Part shown: one piece after another, positions 8,868 to 18,859 of the stretch
Layout of the letters: each line of letters begins with the position of its first letter
How positions within the stretch are numbered: position 1 is the stretch's first letter
Notes under the pieces: model-generated
Told to the model about the DNA's origin: nothing
Databases searched by the model: none
Seen by the model: only the letters and a program-made list of their open reading frames with translations
Origin: an uncultured Acidimicrobiia bacterium
GTDB lineage: Bacteria; Actinomycetota; Acidimicrobiia; Spongiisociales; JAENVV01
DNA length: 64,000 nucleotides
NCBI GenBank assembly: GCA_963835515.1
Contig: CAWIFX010000021.1
Location: 4,951 to 68,950 of the forward strand
Direction: 5' to 3'
Translations under genes and position numbers: made by a program

Positions 8868-10642
8868 TGTACGCTCGTTTCGGTTCGGGTGAAGGTCGGA
8901 CCGAAGGTACCTGGGAGCTGCTGCGCAAAGCTGCGTCGTATGGAAAAGGTCTTGGCTGGGTGGCCACCGGGGCACTATTCGCCACGATTCTTGCCACGGT
9001 CGCCCGTCTGGCAGGACCCGCCTACGTTCGGCAGGGCCTCGACGCAGTCGATGTGGCGGACCGCCAGGCCCTGTTCCAGGCGGTTTGGTGGTTCGTAGGT
9101 GCGCTGGTGCTGCAGTACATCAGCCAGGCGATTTCGCAGTATTGGGTTTCGGGGGTAGGCGAGCGATACCTCGCTGATCTTCGGGTTCGCGCCTTTAGGC
9201 ACCTGATCGATCTCGACGTCGACTTCTTCTCACGATCGAAGGCAGGAGTACTGGTCAGTCGCCTGACATCTGACATAGAGGCTCTGACGCAGTTCGTGAA
9301 AGAAGGTGCCATCAACGTCGTCACGTCGGTGCTCACCGTGATTGGCGTAACGATCGCCATGTTCCTCATCGACACATCCATGGCCTTGGCGGTGTTGGCG
9401 CTCATGCCGATTCTCCTGGCGATTTCGGTGGTGTTTCGGATCTATGCCGACCGGGCCTACGAGCAAGTTCGCGAGCATATCGGTCGGGTGCTCGGGGCCA
9501 TCCAGGAAGGTATCTCGGGAGTGCGGGTCGTGCAGGCGTACACCCAGGAGCAACGTCAGAAGATGGAATTCGGGAGAGTCAACGAGCGGTACTTTGACGC
9601 GAACATCGCGGCCGCCAAGGCTATCTCTGCATATTTCCCGGCGGTCGACTTCCTTCGCACCTCGGGTTTGGCGCTCATTCTGGTGGTCGGTGGCAACCGG
9701 GTGCTCGACGGTGAGATGAGCTTCGGCGCGCTCGTTGCGTTCCTTCTCTACCTGAATTGGTTCTTTGAGCCGATCGTGCAGATCTCCAACCTCTACAACC
9801 TATTGCAGGCCGCCCTGGCTGCGCTGTCCAAGTTGCTAGGAATCCTCGATCGTGAGCCGGCCGTGCCGGAAGCAAGCGAGCCGGTGCGGCTCCCAGAGAT
9901 CTTTGGCAAGCTCACCTTCGATTCGGTGACCTTCGCGTACGACCCGGCTGTGCCGATTCTGCACGGCATTGACCTTGAGATCGAAGCGGGTGAACGTATA
10001 GCCATCGTTGGCGAGACTGGCTCGGGCAAGTCGACGCTCGCCAAGCTAGCGGTGCGCTTTTATGACCCTCTGGGAGGATCGATCCGCCTCGACGACGTTG
10101 ATTTACGCTCGATCGGTTTCGAAGATTTGCGGCGGGGCGTCTCGCTCGTGCCCCAGGAAGGGTTTCTCTTCGCCGGGACCCTGCGGGACAATATCCGGTA
10201 CGCCAGACCTGATGCGAGTGACGACGAGATCTGGAAGGTGTGTTCCACGCTTGGTATCGCCGAATGGGTAGGGATCCTTCCCGACCAATTGGATACTGAG
10301 GTGCGAGAGCGCGGGTCGCGGTTCTCGTCCGGTGAGCGCCAGTTGGTTGCCCTGGCCCGGGCTCTCCTGGCGGGACCGAGCGTCATCGTGATGGACGAAG
10401 CAACATCGAATCTCGATCCCGAAACTGAAGGGATCGTCGAGGCAGCGTTGGCGACGCTCCTGGAAGGGCGCACGGCCATCGTGATCGCTCACCGGCTCGC
10501 AACGGCCGAACGAGCTGACCGGGTCGTCGTCATGGACGATGGTCGGATCGTCGAAGTCGGCCATCACACTGAACTGGTTCGGGCGGCCGGTCCCTACGCC
10601 AACCTGAGCGAGGTCTGGCAAGCCGCCCAGACCACCGACTGA
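8867..10642 (+). CDS. ABC exporter, fused permease/ATPase subunit 2 (degenerate signature motif)
   Basis: Walker A GETGSGKST, signature FSSGERQL (degenerate) and Walker B VMDEATS. Its start abuts the subunit 1 stop, suggesting a heterodimer. Confidence 0.9.
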   Translation: MYARFGSGEGRTEGTWELLRKAASYGKGLGWVATGALFATILATVARLAGPAYVRQGLDAVDVADRQALFQAVWWFVGALVLQYISQAISQYWVSGVGERYLADLRVRAFRHLIDLDVDFFSRSKAGVLVSRLTSDIEALTQFVKEGAINVVTSVLTVIGVTIAMFLIDTSMALAVLALMPILLAISVVFRIYADRAYEQVREHIGRVLGAIQEGISGVRVVQAYTQEQRQKMEFGRVNERYFDANIAAAKAISAYFPAVDFLRTSGLALILVVGGNRVLDGEMSFGALVAFLLYLNWFFEPIVQISNLYNLLQAALAALSKLLGILDREPAVPEASEPVRLPEIFGKLTFDSVTFAYDPAVPILHGIDLEIEAGERIAIVGETGSGKSTLAKLAVRFYDPLGGSIRLDDVDLRSIGFEDLRRGVSLVPQEGFLFAGTLRDNIRYARPDASDDEIWKVCSTLGIAEWVGILPDQLDTEVRERGSRFSSGERQLVALARALLAGPSVIVMDEATSNLDPETEGIVEAALATLLEGRTAIVIAHRLATAERADRVVVMDDGRIVEVGHHTELVRAAGPYANLSEVWQAAQTTD

Positions 10643-10762
10643 TTCAAGATTTCCGCCCCGGGTCCGATAAAACCACTGATAGTGAAGTTATGCTGGGTTT
10701 CGGTGTAACACGCCGGGAGCTGGTGCCACTTAACCGGTGGACACCAAAAGGGAGTATTAACG

Positions 10763-11365
10763 ATGCCAAAGAAGTTTTTGACGGCGGTTGTCGCCTTGTC
10801 GGTGGTGATGGCTGGCGCGCTGCCGGCCTTCGCTGATGAAGACGATTTGGAGCCTGCAGGGTTTTTCGATAGCTCGGACGGGGAGGTCGTTGAGGTCGAC
10901 CCCTACGACCCAGTTGAGCATATCTACCGCTTTGCAACACCTGACGGCGATTGCATGTTGATGGAAGAGGTGACCGTCAGCTACGAACCTGGAGAAGATG
11001 GTTCGATTCTGTTTGCCGTATCTCAGGCAGCCGAAGGCGAGGATCCGGTCCTGCTTGAGGGCTGCGTCGGGATCTCAGTCGAAGGCCCCAACGGACAGGT
11101 CAATCATGGGACCTTCGTATCGAGCATGATGCACGCCTTGAAGGAACTCGGTATCAAGGGCTCTGACAAGAAAGAGTTCAAGGCGGCGCTCAAGGGCTAC
11201 GGCAAGGGCGAGTGGCAGGTCAAGGTCAAGGACGTCGATGACGAGTTGACCCTGGACGAGGGCGATTCGTCGGATTCCGAGAAGGTCAAGCCTGCCAAGG
11301 CCGATAAGGTCAACAAGGGCCAGATGAAAAAAGCGAACAAGGCGAATAAAGGTCAGAACAAGTAG
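10763..11365 (+). CDS. Secreted acidic protein with Lys-rich C-terminal tail, function unknown
   Basis: Sec-type signal peptide (..ALPAFA/DEDD) and an AAAGGGAG ribosome-binding site upstream. A strong terminator follows. Confidence 0.6.
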   Translation: MPKKFLTAVVALSVVMAGALPAFADEDDLEPAGFFDSSDGEVVEVDPYDPVEHIYRFATPDGDCMLMEEVTVSYEPGEDGSILFAVSQAAEGEDPVLLEGCVGISVEGPNGQVNHGTFVSSMMHALKELGIKGSDKKEFKAALKGYGKGEWQVKVKDVDDELTLDEGDSSDSEKVKPAKADKVNKGQMKKANKANKGQNK

Positions 11366-11399
11366 CGATTACGCAGAGTGATGACCGGCACATAACAAC

Positions 11400-11439
11400 G
11401 GAAGGGGTGGCCTGCGGGCTACCCCTTCCCGTTTTCTTT
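11400..11439 (+). terminator. Intrinsic terminator
   Basis: 13-bp stem GGAAGGGGTGGCC/GGCTACCCCTTCC with a 4-nt loop, followed by CGTTTTCTTT. It lies 35 nt after the stop of the 10763..11365 gene. Confidence 0.6.
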
Positions 11440-11477
11440 ACGGGACGTGGGTTTCAGGGTAATGTCGAGGATCGTGC

Positions 11478-12038
11478 ATGGATAGGTTGGGGAAGCTTCT
11501 GACACCGTTAGTGGTGGCCGTCGCCCTTTTGGGCGGCATTATCGCGCCGAACGTGGCGATGGCCCTGGCTCTACCTGGTGACGAATTTGTGCTGACGTTT
11601 CCCCAGCTGGACCCGGATACGAAGTTCTTGTCCGAGTACGGCGTGAGCAAACCCGACGGCCGCACGCATCGCGGAGTCGATTTGTTTGCCAGTCGAGGCT
11701 CTGAAGTTATCGCCGGCGCCGACGGATTTGTGCAGAAGGTACAGCGGGGGAGTCGAGCTGGTCTCTACGTGGTGCTGACTCATGCCGATGGTTATGAGAC
11801 GTGGTACCTGCACCTTGGCTCGTTCGCCGATGAGATCGAGGTCGGTGATCCCGTCGCTGCCGGAGATGTGATTGGCTACGTCGGGTCTACGGGCAACGCC
11901 GCGGGTACCTCACCCCACACCCACTTTGAGATCCACAGGAACGGCCGCCCGATTGACCCCTATCCGTTTTTGAGAGCTTCGTTCGAGCGGTGGGTTTTGA
12001 GCCAGCAGATCGAGGCGGGCGAGACGCCCTTCCGCTAG
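11478..12038 (+). CDS. M23 family metallopeptidase
   Basis: N-terminal hydrophobic segment, plus HRGVDLFA and GSTGNAAGTSPHTHFEIH zinc-ligand motifs. Confidence 0.85.
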   Translation: MDRLGKLLTPLVVAVALLGGIIAPNVAMALALPGDEFVLTFPQLDPDTKFLSEYGVSKPDGRTHRGVDLFASRGSEVIAGADGFVQKVQRGSRAGLYVVLTHADGYETWYLHLGSFADEIEVGDPVAAGDVIGYVGSTGNAAGTSPHTHFEIHRNGRPIDPYPFLRASFERWVLSQQIEAGETPFR

Positions 12039-12050
12039 CGATCTGGCCGG

Positions 12051-12521
12051 TCATAGGACCGTTTTGAGGTCCGACACTTCGTCAAGAGCAACGACCCGCT
12101 CGGCGATTTCGCGGTCGCTCAGTTCGGCGCCCGCTATCACGGCAATTTCGTTGGCCGAGATCCGCGACCCCGAACCGGTTGTGTCGGCATCCTCGACCCA
12201 TATGATTCTCCGGGCACCCGCCATGGTGATGGCTTCCTGCCACTGCTCGAACACCTGATCCGGAGTAGTACAGAACGCCCGCTCGCGGGTATCGGTGGCC
12301 GCAGCGCAAATGAACACGATGGAAAAACAGTTGAGGCCGGCGGCGCCAATGTGCGACCCGTCCGAGACGTCACCTAGCGCAACTTTGGCGGGACGGGACC
12401 TCAGGTCGGCAGCTACGTCCACGTCGGTGACAAAACAGCGAACCTCTCCTTCGCGATCGGTCAAAGCATTCATAATGGTCGCCCCGACCGGGGTATCGGC
12501 TCCTACGACAAGTACAGGCAC
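12051..12521 (-). CDS. Short NAD(P)-binding (Rossmann-like) domain protein
   Basis: MPVLVVGADTPVGATI glycine-rich start resembles NmrA/SDR-type dinucleotide folds. At 156 aa it is short. Confidence 0.5.
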   Translation of the reverse strand: MPVLVVGADTPVGATIMNALTDREGEVRCFVTDVDVAADLRSRPAKVALGDVSDGSHIGAAGLNCFSIVFICAAATDTRERAFCTTPDQVFEQWQEAITMAGARRIIWVEDADTTGSGSRISANEIAVIAGAELSDREIAERVVALDEVSDLKTVL

Positions 12522-12555
12522 CCGGGAAGTGTACTCGACCGGAGTATGCGCATAG

Positions 12556-15500
12556 GTGAGTAGTATGCAGTTCGTGCCAGCCCGATTTGATAGCTTCTTG
12601 TCCGCCCGGGCTCCGTTTGCCGACCTGCCGTTGCATGATCCTCATGCACACCGGGACGCCTGCGGGGTCGGCTTTATCGCGGCGCGTGACGGAAAATCCA
12701 CCCACCGGATGCTCCGTCTGGCCGTCGACTGTTTGAAGCGACTCGACCATCGTGGTGCCCGTGCAGCCGATGGCACAGGAGACGGTGCCGGGATGCTCAC
12801 CGAAATACCGTTCGAAATCTTCCGCCGGGAATTACGGCTGAGAGGCATTGAAGCCCCGGCTCGCGACAGGTTCGGCGTCGTCATGGTCTTTCTGACGCCG
12901 GGCCGCGAGGAGGAAAGCCGTTCGCTGGTCGAAGGGGCGCTCGATTACGAAGGCATAACCGTGCTCGGGTGGCGAACGGTACCCGTCGATAAGGCAAGCC
13001 TGGGCAGGCAAGCGGCCGAATCCATGCCGGTGATTATGCAGGTAATGGTCGAGGCGCCCGATGGCGTCGTCGATCAGGATGATTTTGAACGCCGCCTGTT
13101 CCTGTCGCGGAAGTACTGCGAGCGCCAGGCCGAACCCCGCCAGCTTCCCGGGTTCTCGATTGCGTCGGCCTCAACGAGAACGGTTGTATACAAAGGGTTG
13201 TTCGCGGCCGAGTACGTGGCCGACTTCTATTGGGATCTTCAAGATCCATCCTTTACGACATCGTTTGCGATTTTTCACCAGCGTTACAGCACCAATACCG
13301 TTCCTGCGTGGGAGTTCGCTCAGCCGCTGCGGGCTCTTGCACACAACGGTGAAATCAACACGGTCATGTCGAATCGGGCATGGATGCAGGCCAGAGAGGT
13401 CAAGGTCACGTCTCCGGTGTTCGGGGAGCGGGCCAGGGACCTCCGACCATTCCTAGAACCAAGGCAGTCGGACTCTGGCAGCCTCGACAATGCTTTTGAG
13501 TTGCTGATTCGATCAGGGCGGAGCCTGCCGCATGTCAAAGAGATGCTTATGCCAGCGGCCTGGGAGAACGTCGCGGATCTCGACCCTTCGTTGCGGGCCT
13601 TCTATGAATATCACGCTTTCCTGACCGAGCCGTGGGACGGGCCGGCGGCGATCGCCGCGACCGACGGCACGGCATTGATCGCGGGAATGGACCGCAATGG
13701 TCTCAGGCCGGCGCGTTGGACGCTCACAGCAAACGTGTTCATGGTTGCTTCGGAGGCCGGAGTTTGTCCCGAAGAAGAGGCAGAAGCGTTGCGATCCGGC
13801 CAGCTCGGGCCGGGACAGTTTGCCTATTTTGATCCGGCCACAGATACGCTCGAGTTCTCCGCCGATGTGCTTCCCCGGCTGGCTGGTCAGCGACCATACG
13901 GGGAGTGGATCAATACATCGACCTTCTACGTGCAGGATCCGTTCGACCCGCTCCAGGATGATCGATTCGATGCTGAGCGGTTCGGTCGGGTGTTTGACTA
14001 CACCCCCGAGGAACGTCGCATGATCCTCGAACCGATGGCCGAGGGAAAGACGCCTACCGGTTCGATGGGTTCGGATACGCCGGTTGCCGTATTGTCCGAG
14101 AGCCCTCGCCGGTTGTCGCACTACTTCCATCAGCTGTTCGCCCAGGTCACCAACCCCCCGATGGACCCGATCCGTGAAAAGCTGGTCATGTCCTTGCGCA
14201 CCTATTTGGGTAAACGCGGCTCGTTGCTCGAAGAAACGTCGCAGCAGGCTTCACTTATTGAGCTGGCTTCGCCGATTCTGTCCGACGCTGAACTGGAGCA
14301 CATCGTAAGACTCGACGATCCGAGGTTCTTCTCGTACTGGATCGCATCGGTCTTCCACGCCGCAGGCGGACCCGACCGACTCGCCGAGCGCCTCGCCGAG
14401 ATATGCGATGAAGCTGTCGAGGCAGTGCGTGGGGGAGCGACGATTGTCGTGCTCTCGGACCGGGAAGTCGACGAGGAGCACGCCGCCCTCCCGATGCCGC
14501 TGGTGGTTTCGGCCTTGCATCATCGGTTGATCACTGAGGGCATTCGCCTGGACGCTTCGATTGTTTGTGTGTCGGGTGAAACCCGAACCGACCACGACCT
14601 TGCGGTGTTGTTGGGTTTCGGCGCGTCAGCCGTGAATCCGTACCTGGCGATTGAGCAGGTGCGAGAGTTGGCAGCATCTGATGCCGTGGCGGTGGATCCG
14701 GTGGTCGCCCAGGAGAATTACCGGATGGCTTTGCGTAATGGGCTGCTCAAGATCTTCTCAAAAATGGGTATCTGTACGATTAGTGCCTATCGGGGCTCCG
14801 AGCTCTTCGAAGTGATCGGGCTTGGAGACGACGTGTGCGCCGTGGCCTTCAAGAACGCTCCTCGTCGGCTCGGGGGGATCTCGCTGGCGGATCTTGGACG
14901 ACACGCACTCGCACACCATGCTCGTTACGAATCCGGCGCGGACAATGTTGGAGGGTTCTACAAGTTCCGCAGGGGTGGGGCGGTGCACGTGACAAGTCCC
15001 TCGGTCGTTCTCCAGCTGCAGAAAGCGGTTCGATCAGGGGATATGGACGGATGGGCATCGTACGTGTCGACCATTGAGGATCGGCCCCCTTCGCAGATCC
15101 GAGACCTGCTGACATTTGTTTCCCGGCGGCCGGTACCCGTCGAGGAGGTCGAGCCAGCCGAAAGGATTATGCGGAGGTTTGTGACCGCGGCGATGTCACT
15201 GGGGGCGTTGTCGCGTGAAGCGCACGAGGCGTTGGCTCAGGCGATGGCCACGATCGGTGGACTCTCCAATTCGGGGGAGGGAGGAGAGGACGCCGCCCGC
15301 TATGACAATTCGCGTAACTCGGTAATCAAGCAGATCGCTTCTGGAAGGTTCGGGGTGACGCCGGCGTATTTGGCGTCGGCTGAGGAGTTCCAGATCAAAA
15401 TGGCGCAAGGCTCCAAGCCGGGGGAGGGCGGTCAACTCCCCGGGCATAAAGTGACCGAGGAGATCGCCCGGCTGCGACACACCGAACCCGGCGTAAGCCT

Positions 15501-17010
15501 GATCTCCCCGCCTCCTCACCACGACATCTACTCGATCGAGGACCTCGCCCAACTGATCTACGACTTGAAAGCTTTCAAGTCGAACGCCCGGGTCTCCGTG
15601 AAACTCGTATCGGAACCGGGGGTGGGGACGGTTGCGGTTGGCGTTGCCAAAGCACAAGCCGACGCCATCACCATTTCAGGTAACGACGGTGGGACGGGTG
15701 CGTCGCCGCTTTCGTCAATCAAGCATGCCGGGTCGCCGTGGGAGATTGGCATTGCGGAAGCCCACCAGGTTCTCATTGCCAACGGACTCCGGTCACGGGT
15801 GGCGCTCGAGACGGACGGAGGTATGCGGACCGGGCGGGATGTAGTCATCGCTGCCCTGCTGGGCGCCGAGCGCTACGGCTTTGGTACGTTGCCACTGCTT
15901 GCGCTCGGCTGCAAGATGGTCCGGCAGTGTCACGAAAACACCTGCCCGGTCGGTATCGCGACCCAGCGAGAAGACCTGCGCGCCAAGTTTCCAGGAGCGC
16001 CAGAACAGGTGATCGCTCTTTTCCGGATGCTCGCCGAAGAAATGCGCCAGCACCTCGCCTCGTTGGGTGCACGCTCTGTAGAAGAGATCATCGGGCGGGC
16101 AGATCTCCTGACGGTCCGCGATCCGGATCATCCAATGGCTGAGTCGCTGACTCCGCTCCTGGTCAGGGCCGAAGGCCGGCGTCGCCACCCCGGCTTCATA
16201 AAAATCGAACGGACTCGACTCGACCACGCCATCCTTGAAGACTGCCATCCGGCAGTCGTCGGTGGCGCTCCGGTAGAGCTTTCTTATCCGATCACCAACA
16301 GGGATCGTACGATCGGCGCGTCGCTCTCTGGCTTGATCGCTGCCCACCACGGAGACGTCGGCCTTCCCGATGGGACGATCGTGATCCGGTTGGCGGGTAC
16401 GGCCGGTCAAAGCCTCGGAGCTTTCCTGTCGGTAGGCGTCGAGATACGGGTTGATGGGACCGCCAACGATTTTGTTGGGAAGGGCCTCGGCGGTGGAACG
16501 GTGGTGGTGGTTCCGTCCCGCCCGGACGAGGCACGAGCCCCCCACGCTGGAGGCAATGCGGTCCTTTACGGCGCGACGGCCGGGAAGTTGTATCTGGCTG
16601 GAACGGTCGGCCAGAGGTTCGCCGTGCGCAACTCTGGAGCTGATGCGGTGGTAGAGGGCGTTTCGGACCATGGCTGCGAGTACATGACGGGGGGAACGGT
16701 GGTCGTCCTCGGACCGGTCGGACGCAACTTTGCGGCCGGTATGACGGGCGGAAAAGCGTTTGTTTGGGATCCGGAACTGCGGCTCAACGCACTGCTGTCC
16801 GACTCCGCACCCTCGATGAGACGACCGTCAGAAGTTGATGCCATGGAGCTCGCCGACCTCGTGGCTGGTTTCCACGCCGCGACTGGCAGCCCGGTGGCTG
16901 ACCGAATTCTGTCCGACTGGGATCGGCACGTTGCCAGGTTCTGGGTATTGTCGGCGGGCAACAGCCGGTCCAACCGCGTGCTGACTACGTTGGCTGTGGC
17001 CAGTTCGTGA
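12556..17010 (+). CDS. gltB: Glutamate synthase large subunit
   Basis: 1484 aa. Ntn-amidotransferase CGVGFIA after a short propeptide, FMN/3Fe-4S region (CHENTCPVGIATQ), and a C-terminal GXGXG beta-helix domain. Confidence 0.95.
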   Translation: MSSMQFVPARFDSFLSARAPFADLPLHDPHAHRDACGVGFIAARDGKSTHRMLRLAVDCLKRLDHRGARAADGTGDGAGMLTEIPFEIFRRELRLRGIEAPARDRFGVVMVFLTPGREEESRSLVEGALDYEGITVLGWRTVPVDKASLGRQAAESMPVIMQVMVEAPDGVVDQDDFERRLFLSRKYCERQAEPRQLPGFSIASASTRTVVYKGLFAAEYVADFYWDLQDPSFTTSFAIFHQRYSTNTVPAWEFAQPLRALAHNGEINTVMSNRAWMQAREVKVTSPVFGERARDLRPFLEPRQSDSGSLDNAFELLIRSGRSLPHVKEMLMPAAWENVADLDPSLRAFYEYHAFLTEPWDGPAAIAATDGTALIAGMDRNGLRPARWTLTANVFMVASEAGVCPEEEAEALRSGQLGPGQFAYFDPATDTLEFSADVLPRLAGQRPYGEWINTSTFYVQDPFDPLQDDRFDAERFGRVFDYTPEERRMILEPMAEGKTPTGSMGSDTPVAVLSESPRRLSHYFHQLFAQVTNPPMDPIREKLVMSLRTYLGKRGSLLEETSQQASLIELASPILSDAELEHIVRLDDPRFFSYWIASVFHAAGGPDRLAERLAEICDEAVEAVRGGATIVVLSDREVDEEHAALPMPLVVSALHHRLITEGIRLDASIVCVSGETRTDHDLAVLLGFGASAVNPYLAIEQVRELAASDAVAVDPVVAQENYRMALRNGLLKIFSKMGICTISAYRGSELFEVIGLGDDVCAVAFKNAPRRLGGISLADLGRHALAHHARYESGADNVGGFYKFRRGGAVHVTSPSVVLQLQKAVRSGDMDGWASYVSTIEDRPPSQIRDLLTFVSRRPVPVEEVEPAERIMRRFVTAAMSLGALSREAHEALAQAMATIGGLSNSGEGGEDAARYDNSRNSVIKQIASGRFGVTPAYLASAEEFQIKMAQGSKPGEGGQLPGHKVTEEIARLRHTEPGVSLISPPPHHDIYSIEDLAQLIYDLKAFKSNARVSVKLVSEPGVGTVAVGVAKAQADAITISGNDGGTGASPLSSIKHAGSPWEIGIAEAHQVLIANGLRSRVALETDGGMRTGRDVVIAALLGAERYGFGTLPLLALGCKMVRQCHENTCPVGIATQREDLRAKFPGAPEQVIALFRMLAEEMRQHLASLGARSVEEIIGRADLLTVRDPDHPMAESLTPLLVRAEGRRRHPGFIKIERTRLDHAILEDCHPAVVGGAPVELSYPITNRDRTIGASLSGLIAAHHGDVGLPDGTIVIRLAGTAGQSLGAFLSVGVEIRVDGTANDFVGKGLGGGTVVVVPSRPDEARAPHAGGNAVLYGATAGKLYLAGTVGQRFAVRNSGADAVVEGVSDHGCEYMTGGTVVVLGPVGRNFAAGMTGGKAFVWDPELRLNALLSDSAPSMRRPSEVDAMELADLVAGFHAATGSPVADRILSDWDRHVARFWVLSAGNSRSNRVLTTLAVASS

Positions 17011-17110
17011 TCGGGCACTCGTCCTCGCAGGCAGCCCAGGGTTCCACCCCGAAGAATTTCATAGTCGTGCTAGTGACAGCCCCTGGTAACCTACGGGTAT
17101 AACGATCGAG

Positions 17111-18532
17111 GTGAAGTTCATGGCCACAGTCGATATTGATCTTGGCGCATACAAACTAGGTTGGCACGACTCCGAGGACGACTACGTCTTCAAGCCCAAA
17201 AAGGGCCTCAACGAGGAGATCCTCCGCCAGATGTCGGAAATGAAGGGCGAGCCCCAATGGATGCTCGACTTCCGCCTCAAAGCCTATAAGCGTTTCCTTC
17301 GCAAACCGATGCCGCAATGGGGCGGTGGCGGAGCGCTCAACGACATCGACTTTGACGATATCTATTACTACGTGAAGCCGACGGCAGGCCAAGCCAAAGA
17401 CTGGGACATGGTCCCGGACGAGATCAAAGAAACATACGAAAAATTGGGTATCCCCGAAGCTGAGCGCAAATATCTCGCCGGCGTTACCGCCCAGTATGAG
17501 TCTGAGGTTGTCTATCACCGCAATCGAGACGACCTTGAGGCGCTCGGTGTGTTGTTTTGCGACATGGACACGGCGGTGCGCGACTACCCCGAACTCGTCC
17601 AGGAGTATTTCGGAACCGTTATCCCTCCCAACGACAACAAGTTCGCCGCACTGAACTCTTCGGTCTGGTCGGGTGGCTCGTTCATCTACGTCCCCCCGGG
17701 CGTCCATGTGGATCAGCCGCTCCAAGCCTATTTCCGGATCAACTCCCAGAACATGGGCCAGTTCGAAAGAACGCTCATCATCGTGGACGAGGGTGCCTAC
17801 GTGCACTACGTAGAAGGCTGCTCGGCTCCGGTGTGGTCGTCTGATTCGCTGCACTCAGCAGTGGTCGAGATCGTCGTCAAGAAAGGCGGTCGATGCCGTT
17901 ATTCGACGATTCAGAACTGGTCGAACAACGTCTATAACCTGGTCACGAAGCGGGCGGCTGTCTATGCCAACGGCACGATGGAGTGGATCGATGGGAACCT
18001 CGGTTCCAAGTTGACCATGAAGTATCCGGCGGTTTGGATGCTTGAACCAGGTGCCCACGGAGAGGTGCTATCCATCGCGTTCGCAGGCGAAGGGCAGCAT
18101 CAGGATGCCGGCGCCAAGATGGTTCATGCTGCTTCTGACACGACCTCCACGATCATTTCGAAGTCCATCTCGAAGGGCGGGGGCCGGGCCGGATACCGCG
18201 GGTTGGTCCGGGTCGAACCCGGCGCCAAGAACGTAAAATCGTTCGTGCGCTGCGACGCACTCATTCTTGATGATGCTTCGCGCTCGGACACGTACCCGTC
18301 GATGGAAATCGAGGAGAATGACGCTGAGATCGGTCACGAGGCTTCGGTTTCGAAGGTCGGCGAGGAGCAGTTGTTCTATCTGATGTCGCGGGGGCTCACT
18401 GAAGAGCAGGCGACGTCGATGGTCGTAGCCGGCTTCATCGAGCCGATCATCAAGGAACTTCCGATGGAATATGCGGTCGAGATGAATCGTCTCATCGAGC
18501 TCAACATGATGGAAGCCGGCGCTGTCGGCTAG
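17111..18532 (+). CDS. sufB: Fe-S cluster assembly scaffold SufB
   Basis: Full-length SufB-like sequence (YKLGWHD..., [18 protein letters not shown]-terminal [12 protein letters not shown]). The ATG at 17120, preceded by GAGGTG, is an alternative start. Confidence 0.92.
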   Translation: MKFMATVDIDLGAYKLGWHDSEDDYVFKPKKGLNEEILRQMSEMKGEPQWMLDFRLKAYKRFLRKPMPQWGGGGALNDIDFDDIYYYVKPTAGQAKDWDMVPDEIKETYEKLGIPEAERKYLAGVTAQYESEVVYHRNRDDLEALGVLFCDMDTAVRDYPELVQEYFGTVIPPNDNKFAALNSSVWSGGSFIYVPPGVHVDQPLQAYFRINSQNMGQFERTLIIVDEGAYVHYVEGCSAPVWSSDSLHSAVVEIVVKKGGRCRYSTIQNWSNNVYNLVTKRAAVYANGTMEWIDGNLGSKLTMKYPAVWMLEPGAHGEVLSIAFAGEGQHQDAGAKMVHAASDTTSTIISKSISKGGGRAGYRGLVRVEPGAKNVKSFVRCDALILDDASRSDTYPSMEIEENDAEIGHEASVSKVGEEQLFYLMSRGLTEEQATSMVVAGFIEPIIKELPMEYAVEMNRLIELNMMEAGAVG

Positions 18533-18586
18533 TCATGCACCGGCGCGGCCTGCTTGGCAGCCGGAATCGGGTCTGAATCGGGTGGG

Positions 18587-18859
18587 CTAGCCGCTGGAGC
18601 GCGTGATCACGTAGGCCGCGAACAACCCGCCGCCGGCCGCCCAAAGAAGTGGAAACCCTCCGACCTGGAAGGGATCGGGCGCGCCCATCCATGCTCCGAT
18701 GATGGAGATGATCGTGCCAAACACGGAGCCGATGATGATCGAGGTGGCAGCTGAAGCGCTTCGGCCCGAGAGAATCCCACCCATGAGGCCGCCCGCTGCT
18801 CCAAGGATGAACACGTAGATGAACGACGGGTCGTTGAAAAACTCAGCTACGAGATCCAT
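18587..18859 (-). CDS. Small glycine-zipper membrane protein (GlsB/YeaQ/YmgE-like)
   Basis: 90 aa with three Gly-rich hydrophobic segments. Its ATG directly follows the sigma factor TAA. Confidence 0.5.
   Translation of the reverse strand: MDLVAEFFNDPSFIYVFILGAAGGLMGGILSGRSASAATSIIIGSVFGTIISIIGAWMGAPDPFQVGGFPLLWAAGGGLFAAYVITRSSG

Noticed and set aside
10643-10762. Possible riboswitch or leader in the comparatively AT-rich 120-nt region upstream of the secreted acidic protein gene
   Set aside because: I found only one bulged 8-bp hairpin (about 10722-10745) next to the Shine-Dalgarno sequence. I could not match the region to the ydaO/c-di-AMP motif or any other riboswitch consensus I know, and there is no terminator/antiterminator pair.
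15793-16671. 292-aa ORF antisense inside gltB
   Set aside because: gltB is intact and unmistakable on the plus strand. The antisense product shows no family features.
17011-17110. SufR-type operator upstream of sufB
   Set aside because: I saw only a weak 6-bp inverted repeat (CCAGGG...CCCTGG) with a ~39-nt spacer. No sufR gene is nearby, so the evidence is insufficient.
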